Shown: positions 39,687-46,744 of the stretch, one piece after another
Layout: each line of letters starts with the position of its first letter
Numbering within the stretch: the first letter of the stretch is position 1
Virus record (IMG/VR): IMGVR_UViG_3300028591_000110
Coordinates: 32,001-96,000 of that record
Strand: one strand, 5' to 3'
Length of the DNA stretch: 64,000 nucleotides
Source of the DNA: a virus
Lineage: Duplodnaviria > Caudoviricetes
Translations under genes and position numbers: made by a program
The notes under the pieces: model-generated
Database searches by the model: none
What the model was told of the DNA's origin: nothing
Seen by the model: the letters and a program-made list of their open reading frames with translations, nothing else

Positions 39687-39945
39687 TTCACACGGGCGAC
39701 AGAGTAGAGTATTTGAAAACAGACCGTATGAAGAGAAGGAGGGCATGGCCTTTCTCATGTCAAAAGCATGAGATAAAACGCCTCCAAGTTGGCGTGGGTT
39801 GATCCGCGTCACAGATGACCTGCAGGCGGACGCTATCGAGCTTGGTATCGCTTGACGGTGATGCGATATTTCAAGCCTGCAGGCTACGCAGCTAGTGGAA
39901 CCGTCCGAAAAGCTGTACAGGGAGAGAATATAAATAACATAGGTG
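39687..39945 (+). ncRNA. DGR spacer (Sp) structured RNA region
   Basis: Non-coding stretch between last cassette and RT; hairpins TCTCATGT/GCATGAGA, ACGCC/GGCGT, CCTGCAGGC/GCCTGCAGG, GTATCGC/GCGATAT; AGGGCATGGCC is complementary to the cassette leaders. Confidence 0.65.
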
Positions 39946-39952
39946 ATTTGTT

Positions 39953-41209
39953 TTGACTGGTACACAGAGAAGAAAACAGAAAATCTATGAGCGGCGCGTC
40001 GCAAGGCGGGCTGCTAAACGAGCTGAACGCAATAAGACCTACGGCAGTTTTTATTGGGTGTTTCAGCACGGAAATGTTGACCGTGGTTTCAGAGACATTC
40101 GCAAGAAGCTGGTAAAGTGCGCTGACGGCATTTGGTACTGTGTGCACGCTCCGATTAACGAAGTACACACATGTAAGAAGTTAATGAACGGGACGTACAA
40201 ATTCCGTCCTCTTCGCAAAAAGCATATTAAGCAGCGAGGAAAACCGAGGGATATTGGGATCGGAGCCGCAGAGGACAGGGTTGTTTTAAGTACGCTGACA
40301 ACGCACTGCTTGATGCCGATGATTGAACCAAGACTAATCAACACATGCACAGCCGGTCGTCCAAACATGGGGCCGGAGGTCGCGATGCTTCAGCTTGAAG
40401 AAATGCTGAAGGATCACTACCGAGAGCACGGCACGGACGGGTATGTTCTAATCTTCGACATCCGTAATTACTACGGCAGTATTGACCGGGATAAACTTGG
40501 CGTCATGCTGCGTAAAGTAATCAAAGATCAGCGCTTGATTCGGCTTATCGAGGATTCAAATGACGTCGCGATTCCGGACAGCAGGATCGGCATCAATCTT
40601 GGCAGCTCTACTTCTACGATGCTTGCTGCGCTTTATATGAGCGGAGTGGATCATTATATGAAAGAAGTTTTGCGGCTCAGATACTACGGGCGCCATGGGG
40701 ATGATGGGTTTATCATTCATCATGATAAGGAGTTTCTGCTTTCCGTTCTGGACGCGCTGCGCGAAAAGACTTCTGAGCTTGGTTTGGAATTGCATCCGAA
40801 GAAAACGCAGATTATCAAACTTACCAAAGGGTTCCGATGGCTGAAAGTGAAGTGGAAACTGAAAGAAACCGGATACGTTGTGAAGAAAATGAATCACGAT
40901 ATCGTGACGCGAGACAGCAAAAAGATGAAGAAATGCCTTGCTTTAGAGGCAGAAGGTCTTACTACTATGAATTATATTCGCAATTCTGTGTGGAAGGGCT
41001 GGCTGAACAAGTCGAAGAATCCGGATCTTATCAGGCAAAAGCCGATCCGCAAAGGCTTCAAAAAGCGGTTTAGATATGATAATTACTTTGTCAGGATAAA
41101 AATGGCGAACAGGTATTACAGCCTGTTCGGTGAGTGGGAGGGCTGTAATAGAGATGTATTTTATCAAATTATTGGAGAACGACGAAGTAGTCGGAGCCGA
41201 GCAGCTTGA
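39953..41209 (+). CDS. DGR-type reverse transcriptase with atypical motifs
   Basis: RGKPRDI, EDRVV, YVLIFDIRNYYGSID, GINLGSSTS, YYGRHGDDG, LGLELHPKKTQI, GFRWLK; 418 aa; no maturase or endonuclease domain seen. Confidence 0.9.
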   Translation: MTGTQRRKQKIYERRVARRAAKRAERNKTYGSFYWVFQHGNVDRGFRDIRKKLVKCADGIWYCVHAPINEVHTCKKLMNGTYKFRPLRKKHIKQRGKPRDIGIGAAEDRVVLSTLTTHCLMPMIEPRLINTCTAGRPNMGPEVAMLQLEEMLKDHYREHGTDGYVLIFDIRNYYGSIDRDKLGVMLRKVIKDQRLIRLIEDSNDVAIPDSRIGINLGSSTSTMLAALYMSGVDHYMKEVLRLRYYGRHGDDGFIIHHDKEFLLSVLDALREKTSELGLELHPKKTQIIKLTKGFRWLKVKWKLKETGYVVKKMNHDIVTRDSKKMKKCLALEAEGLTTMNYIRNSVWKGWLNKSKNPDLIRQKPIRKGFKKRFRYDNYFVRIKMANRYYSLFGEWEGCNRDVFYQIIGERRSSRSRAA

Positions 41210-41696
41210 AGTGCTTGAGTATGTTCGACAAGATACAAACGGAAATAATATTCGATGCTCTGTGCTTTCGGCGCAGGGCATCATTTCATTAGATGGCGGT
41301 TCGATCTATCAACTTGACGGCAAGCCCGCAATGGTCGGCGGGTATAAGATCGCTGTGTTTATTGATGGCGACGAATACAGCGAGATTATCCAGGAGCTTC
41401 AGGACGAAGATCCGGATGACGACATTCCCGCCAGCGACGAGGCTTTGACGCGGGAGGAGCTGACTGCGAAAGTAGCAAAGCTTGAGGAAATGAACACCAT
41501 GCTTACAGGAATGCTCCTCGAAAACCGAGAGGACAGCATGAAAGCGTCCAAGGTATACAGCGAGGGCGATCTCATCATTGTAAACGGCGAGCTGTATAAG
41601 GTTCTTGCAAAAATCGCAAACGGTTCTTTGCTGACTGTAGGCACAAATGTAAAACAAACAACTATTGCGGCTGAGATTGCCGCATTAAGTGTATGA
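41154..41696 (+). CDS. Hypothetical tail-fibre-associated protein
   Basis: Acidic ORF overlapping the RT 3' end; C-terminal Y..GD.I..NG.LYKV module. Confidence 0.6.
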   Translation: MYFIKLLENDEVVGAEQLEVLEYVRQDTNGNNIRCSVLSAQGIISLDGGSIYQLDGKPAMVGGYKIAVFIDGDEYSEIIQELQDEDPDDDIPASDEALTREELTAKVAKLEEMNTMLTGMLLENREDSMKASKVYSEGDLIIVNGELYKVLAKIANGSLLTVGTNVKQTTIAAEIAALSV

Positions 41697-41710
41697 TAGG
41701 AGGGCAAAAC

Positions 41711-41923
41711 ATGAAATATGCCATTATTAAGTTCATTAACGGTAACTGGTTCATCCACGCCGAGGGTATCACCACGCTGGAAGCGGCAAAGACGCAGTTC
41801 CACGGGCTTTGCCAGACCCTTTGGAATGCTCAAGACGTGCTGTCCGCCTATGTGATGATCTCGGACGAGCAGTTGGATGTCGTGGAGGGCTATAAGGAGT
41901 TCATTCATCACGAGGCAGCGTAA
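41711..41923 (+). CDS. Small hypothetical protein
   Basis: RBS AGGAGG before ATG 41711. Confidence 0.6.
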   Translation: MKYAIIKFINGNWFIHAEGITTLEAAKTQFHGLCQTLWNAQDVLSAYVMISDEQLDVVEGYKEFIHHEAA

Positions 41924-41966
41924 TTCGTGAAAAGCTGATCGAAAAAATTGAATATATGCACTTTGA

Positions 41967-41996
41967 GGCAGCGGTGAAATATCCGCTGCCTTTTCC
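41967..41996 (+). terminator. Putative terminator
   Basis: GGCAGCGG-tgaaatat-CCGCTGCC followed by TTTT. Confidence 0.55.
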
Positions 41997-42014
41997 ATTG
42001 GAAGGAGGGATGAC

Positions 42015-43304
42015 GTGGCTACGAATGAGGAAGTAATCTGGTCTTTCCTGTATGACAAGATCGGCAATGCATACGGCGTTGCCGGGCTGATGGGGAATCT
42101 CTACGCAGAAAGTGCGTTGAAGCCTACAAATTTGCAGAACAACTTCGAAACCAAGCTCGGATACAGCGATGCATCCTACACCGCTGCGGTTGACAACGGC
42201 GTTTACAAGAACTTCACGATGGACGGCGCCGGATACGGATTGGCGCAGTGGACATATCGGACACGCAAGGCGGCTCTGCTTGCTTACACGCAGGCACAGG
42301 GCAAATCTATCGGAGACTTGGACACTCAGCTTGCGTTTCTATGGAAGGAGCTGCATGAGAATTTCGCAACAGTTGTGAAAACTCTGAAATCCGCAAAGAG
42401 CGTGAAAGAGGCTTCCAACGCTGTTCTGCTCAAGTTTGAGGCTCCGAAAGACCAGAGCGAAAAAGTACAGGCATTGAGGGCGAGCTACGGACAGGCGTAC
42501 TACGACAAGTACGCAATCGCTCCGATGTCGGAGGAGGAGAAGATTATGGCTGATCTAGGGATCATCAATATGCCGGCGCACAGCACGAATCAGTGGTATC
42601 GCAACGGCAACAAGATTCAGTACATCGTAATGCACTACGTTGGTGCGGTCAGCACGGCCAAAAACAATGGCTCTTACTATGGGAATACTGCGAATATCGG
42701 CGCGAGTGCGCACTATTTCGTGGATGAAAATCACATTGTTGCTTCCGTGCCGGAGATTATGAGTGCAGGACACTGCGGTGTTGACTATTCGGGCGGCAAG
42801 GCGCCGTTCTGGGGCAAGTGCACGAACAAAAACAGTATCGGCATTGAAATGTGCTGCAAGAAAACCGCAAGCGGACAGTGGTACATTGAGCCAGCAACGG
42901 TTACGAAGTCTGTTGCACTTGTGAAGTGGCTTATGGCGAAGTATGGCATTGACGCGGCTCATGTGGTGCGTCACTACGACGTCTGCTACAAGCGTTGCCC
43001 TGAACCGTGGGTTCGCGACGCTGCGCAGTGGGCGGACTTTAAGCGAAGAATCAGTGAGGAGGAAATTGACATGACGAAAGCTGAAGTAAAAGATATGGTC
43101 AAGGAGATCGTGACCGAAATGCTTACGGGCGCAAACACTGAGCCCAGCGATTGGGCAAAGAAAGAGATGGGCGAGCATCTTGAGGATGTAAAGCACATCA
43201 CGGACGGCACTCGTCCGCGCGGATACACCAAGCGCGAGGAGACGGCTGCCATGGTTCGTCGCGCCGAGAAGCGTCTGATGGCAAAGATCGAAGAGTTGAA
43301 GTAA
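42015..43304 (+). CDS. Endolysin: phage-tail-lysozyme-like domain + Amidase_2 + C-terminal cell-wall-binding domain
   Basis: GLMGNLYAES, GYGLAQWT; IVMHY, SAHYFVD, SIGIEMC, RHYDV..K.CP. Confidence 0.85.
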   Translation: MATNEEVIWSFLYDKIGNAYGVAGLMGNLYAESALKPTNLQNNFETKLGYSDASYTAAVDNGVYKNFTMDGAGYGLAQWTYRTRKAALLAYTQAQGKSIGDLDTQLAFLWKELHENFATVVKTLKSAKSVKEASNAVLLKFEAPKDQSEKVQALRASYGQAYYDKYAIAPMSEEEKIMADLGIINMPAHSTNQWYRNGNKIQYIVMHYVGAVSTAKNNGSYYGNTANIGASAHYFVDENHIVASVPEIMSAGHCGVDYSGGKAPFWGKCTNKNSIGIEMCCKKTASGQWYIEPATVTKSVALVKWLMAKYGIDAAHVVRHYDVCYKRCPEPWVRDAAQWADFKRRISEEEIDMTKAEVKDMVKEIVTEMLTGANTEPSDWAKKEMGEHLEDVKHITDGTRPRGYTKREETAAMVRRAEKRLMAKIEELK

Positions 43305-43317
43305 GGAGGTCGCCAAC

Positions 43318-43593
43318 ATGGAACTTGATTTTGCCGGCCTCGGCTCATATATCGTAATCACAGCGATTGCGCTTTTCATTGGCTACTGCTTCAAAACGAT
43401 GGATCGCTTCGACAACAAATATATCCCCGTGGTCGTCGGTATTACCGGCGTTGCTTTGGGGATTCTCGCATTTTACATGAATGTTTCTTGGTTCCCTGCA
43501 ACAGATCCGCTTCACGCCGCTGCGGAAGGTTTGTACTCCGGCGTTGGCGCGACGTGGCTGCATCAGCTTTATAAACAGTTGACACAAAACTAA
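43318..43593 (+). CDS. Holin
   Basis: 91 aa with hydrophobic helices, NKYIP and HQLYKQ motifs; follows the endolysin. Confidence 0.75.
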   Translation: MELDFAGLGSYIVITAIALFIGYCFKTMDRFDNKYIPVVVGITGVALGILAFYMNVSWFPATDPLHAAAEGLYSGVGATWLHQLYKQLTQN

Positions 43594-43654
43594 TAGTACG
43601 CTGTGGGCGCAGGGCAATTAAAGCTCTGCGCCTGCGGAGAATGGGGGACGTGAC

Positions 43655-44086
43655 ATGGAAATTTTCAAGCACTTGGCGGGAGAGATCGCCGCCATTATTG
43701 TTGCGCTTTCTGTTGTTGTCGAGATTACGCCGATCAAGCTGAATCCTTGGTCGTGGATTGCACGAAAGATCGGTAAGGCTATCAATCATGATGTGATTGA
43801 AAAAGTAGATCAACTGGAGAAGAAAGTGAACCGCGTCGGAGACGCATTGGACGAAAAGAGTGCGAAGGACGCCAGGACTAAGATCCTGAATTTTGGCGAT
43901 GAGCTGATATATAACCCGGAGCGAAAGCACAGTAAAGATAAGTTTGACGAGGTTGTTGCAAACATTACTGAGTACGAACAATACTGTTCTGAGCATCCGG
44001 ACTTCAAGAATCATATGACGGAAGCAACGACCAAACTGATTCTTTCGACATATGAAACTTGCATGAAGAAACATTCATTTTTGTAA
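43655..44086 (+). CDS. Membrane-anchored lysis-module protein (holin-like)
   Basis: N-terminal TM segment + EITPIKLNPW, coiled coil, YEQYC..HPDFKN. Confidence 0.55.
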   Translation: MEIFKHLAGEIAAIIVALSVVVEITPIKLNPWSWIARKIGKAINHDVIEKVDQLEKKVNRVGDALDEKSAKDARTKILNFGDELIYNPERKHSKDKFDEVVANITEYEQYCSEHPDFKNHMTEATTKLILSTYETCMKKHSFL

Positions 44087-44135
44087 AAGTAACTGCGCGG
44101 CTGCAATGCCGCGCAGTTTTTGTTGTGGTGATGAA

Positions 44136-44657
44136 ATGAAAACTGTGAGAATTGATTTTGCAGATCTCCCACAGGAGAATCCCGTGATCGGGAGAAGGGG
44201 AGAGAACCTATGCACTGAGGTAATCTTTGACGTTTCATCGTTGTTCGAGACTTGGCCGCATGGAACCGTTACCATTCTATATTGGCGCCCAGATAAGAAA
44301 GCAAAGTTTATTTGCGCTCAGACAACAGAGCATGAGGTTTCTTGGAAGCCGACAAGTGCAGACCTGAAATATCCAGGAACTGGCTTTGTAGAGGTACGAA
44401 TGTATCAGGGCGAGGTGTTGGAGAAAAGAGCACCTATCTTTTTGGAAATTGAAAAGGCTCCTGTGAAGAATGCTCATTTTGAAGACGACGATGACGACGA
44501 TTGGGTAAAGGAGTTCCTTGATACAATCGGCACGATCAAAACGGAACAAGAAGAAAACGATAAAGATATTGATGAGCTCCGAGCCATGATTGAAGGATAC
44601 GAGCATTACGGTTTGCGCGAGATTACCAATATGGATCTTGAAGAGCTGCTGAAGTAA
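44136..44657 (+). CDS. BppU-like baseplate/fibre anchor protein
   Basis: IGRRGENLCTEVIFDVS...P.GT resembles the N-terminus of 29627..36271. Confidence 0.55.
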   Translation: MKTVRIDFADLPQENPVIGRRGENLCTEVIFDVSSLFETWPHGTVTILYWRPDKKAKFICAQTTEHEVSWKPTSADLKYPGTGFVEVRMYQGEVLEKRAPIFLEIEKAPVKNAHFEDDDDDDWVKEFLDTIGTIKTEQEENDKDIDELRAMIEGYEHYGLREITNMDLEELLK

Positions 44658-44668
44658 GGGGTGAAGAA

Positions 44669-45154
44669 ATGGCACAAACAACGATTAAATTTGCAAGCGA
44701 AAATACAATCCTGTATTTTTGGCAGAAGATCAAAGCACTGCTTGGCAATAAGGTTGACAAAGTAACAGGCATGGGGCTATCCCATAACGACCTGACGGAC
44801 GCCCTTGTTGAGAAGATTAACAACGCCGGCGACAGTTCCTTTACCGGAGCATACAACGATCTGACTGGCAAGCCCAGCATCAACGGCGTGACGCTTGGTG
44901 CGACGAACACGCTGGCGTCTCTCGGCATTCAGCCTGCGGGCAATTATCCTACCACAAGCGAAGTGGAGGGCATGATTGACGACTTGGTTGACAGCGCTCC
45001 TGCTGCGCTTGACACGCTGAAAGAGCTGTCTGCTGCGTTGGGCGACGATCCGAACTTTGCAACGACGATTGCAACACAGATGGGCAATAAAGCAAACACC
45101 AGTGATTTTGTAGAGATCACGAATGCGGAGATTGACACGATCCTCGCCACTTGA
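44669..45154 (+). CDS. Short fibre protein
   Basis: KVDKV.G.GLS.ND, YNDLTGKPSINGVTL and APAALDTLKELSAALGDDPNFATT fibre motifs. Confidence 0.65.
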   Translation: MAQTTIKFASENTILYFWQKIKALLGNKVDKVTGMGLSHNDLTDALVEKINNAGDSSFTGAYNDLTGKPSINGVTLGATNTLASLGIQPAGNYPTTSEVEGMIDDLVDSAPAALDTLKELSAALGDDPNFATTIATQMGNKANTSDFVEITNAEIDTILAT

Positions 45155-45171
45155 GAGGATGGTGATTTTTT

Positions 45172-46302
45172 ATGATTAAAATTTTTGGGTTAAACTCACT
45201 TTCATATCTGTGGGGCAAACTCAAAGAGAAGCTGGCTGCGAAGTATGATAAAGCCGGTGGCGACATCAGCGGAGACGTCAAGGTGTTTGGCAATTTTACG
45301 CTTGACATTGACGACGAAGACTATGATGCCGGCATTCGATTCACAAAAACACTTGACAACAATCTCGGCACAATCTTGACTTTGACGGGCTATGCGGGTG
45401 GTACGAATTACAGGCCGCGCATTCGCAATGTCGGAGAACCGGCGTCCAACTACGATGTGGCGAACAAGAAGTATGTAGACGACAACATTGTTCGCCCGCT
45501 GACATATTTCGTGTTTCTGAATGATGACGGTACGTTGGACGCATACAGCTCGCAGCTAGATTACGCGACAGTTAAGGCAAACTTGACGAACATGACAACC
45601 AATGTTTATCTTGATGTTATTCAGGGTGCAAGCAGATTCTATGTCAAGGCTGAGCAGGACATGGATGTGAATAACGGCCCGATCAAATTCATGGACTGGT
45701 ATTCCAAAGACGGCAATATCGTAGAGATTGAATTTGACTTGGCGTCTGACAATACACTGACTCACACAATCCGTGTTGTGGAGCATATCGGCAATAAGGT
45801 GCAGTCTGTTGCAGGGAACAGTCTGAGCGCTTCTGCATATCCATCTGCTGCAGCGGTATTCGCAGAGTTTCAGAGGAAGCCGGTTGTAATTTGGGAAGTT
45901 GATGGCGTAAATGTGACTGCTGGGCTTAACGCGCTTCAAACAGAAATCGCTGCAAATGTGAACTGGCAGCTTACGGGTCTTGATCTTACGCCGTATAAGA
46001 GAATCAAGATATATGCCAAAGGTGGGCAAGGCAGCACGAATGCGAGCACCACCGGTGGGATAATTTGCGAAATTATGCTTGATCCACGACTTGCCATTTC
46101 GTCAAAAGGCGGACATTATGTTGGATCAGCAGTCGTACAAAAGCCAAACGACTCGAATAGACTAGCAACGCTGACCTGTGCTGTATCAGCAGACAAAACT
46201 TCATTTGCGGTTTTGCGCCAGACAAGCTTGTACGGAACTGCCGCTACAACCAATGCGGACATTGGAGCATCTGTTGTTTTGATTGAGGGGTATTACGACT
46301 AA
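45172..46302 (+). CDS. Putative fibre/adhesin protein
   Basis: KYDKAGGDISG and VANKKYVD fibre motifs; beta-rich C-terminus. Confidence 0.55.
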   Translation: MIKIFGLNSLSYLWGKLKEKLAAKYDKAGGDISGDVKVFGNFTLDIDDEDYDAGIRFTKTLDNNLGTILTLTGYAGGTNYRPRIRNVGEPASNYDVANKKYVDDNIVRPLTYFVFLNDDGTLDAYSSQLDYATVKANLTNMTTNVYLDVIQGASRFYVKAEQDMDVNNGPIKFMDWYSKDGNIVEIEFDLASDNTLTHTIRVVEHIGNKVQSVAGNSLSASAYPSAAAVFAEFQRKPVVIWEVDGVNVTAGLNALQTEIAANVNWQLTGLDLTPYKRIKIYAKGGQGSTNASTTGGIICEIMLDPRLAISSKGGHYVGSAVVQKPNDSNRLATLTCAVSADKTSFAVLRQTSLYGTAATTNADIGASVVLIEGYYD

Positions 46303-46307
46303 TAGTT

Positions 46308-46342
46308 TTAGGGAGTAGAGAAATCTACTCCCTATTTTTTTT
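46308..46342 (+). terminator. Terminator at the end of the late region
   Basis: TAGGGAGTAGA-gaaa-TCTACTCCCTA followed by T8. Confidence 0.8.
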
Positions 46343-46586
46343 GATTAATATGAACTCTTATTAGTGGCTCAGTTTTGCTGCAAATGGCTATGGTTTGGGC
46401 AACTAATAACAGCTCGTATTATTGGCTTTGGGTACAAATTGGGTACAAAACTGCGATTTGATAGTAAAATCAGTAGGTATAAGATGGTACTAATCAAAAG
46501 TGCGATATTCAAAAAGTCGTGTATTTTCAATGCTTTTTCATACACGATGGTACTAACGGGTACTTAGTAAATACTTCACGAGGGTA

Positions 46587-46631
46587 TTGGTAAGGATGAG
46601 GTCGGCAGTTCGAATCTGCCCAGCAGCTCCA
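46587..46631 (+). other. attP core = 3' half of tRNA-Thr(GGT)
   Basis: TTGGTAAGGATGAGGTCGGCAGTTCGAATCTGCCCAGCAGCTCCA: anticodon loop, T-arm, acceptor strand and CCA; no 5' half; next to the integrase 3' end. Confidence 0.8.
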
Positions 46632-46672
46632 AAAAAGCCTTGAATCTCAACGGATTCAGGGTTTTTATTTTT
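46632..46672. terminator. Hairpin terminator after the tRNA fragment
   Basis: CCTTGAATC-tcaacg-GATTCAGGG flanked by A and T runs. Confidence 0.65.
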
Positions 46673-46744
46673 TTAACACATTGTCCGTTTTAGGCGTTTG
46701 GGTACAGCGTGGGTACAAATAGCGATTTGATTTGCTGTTCAATA

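Larger units (their letters stand above)
46424..46731. repeat. Integrase arm-type/Xis repeats flanking the att core
   Basis: Tandem TGGGTACA at 46429/46440 and 46699/46710, each pair followed by GCGATTTGAT; GATGGTACTAA occurs twice in between. Confidence 0.7.

Noticed and set aside
37090-39707. Short ORFs called across the array as real genes
   Set aside because: They are chance read-throughs of cassettes and linkers, lack RBSs, and change frame between units.
39953-41209. Group II intron, retron or Abi-type RT
   Set aside because: No maturase/endonuclease domain or retron VTG motif is seen, and the VR/avd/TR context indicates a DGR lineage.
41130-46302. Second DGR target gene
   Set aside because: By eye I found no other WWLRSP/GVAFG-anchored region in the window outside the target and the array; targets outside the window cannot be excluded.
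46560-46631. Complete tRNA gene
   Set aside because: The 5' acceptor strand and D-arm are absent; only the 3' half is present, as expected for an att core.
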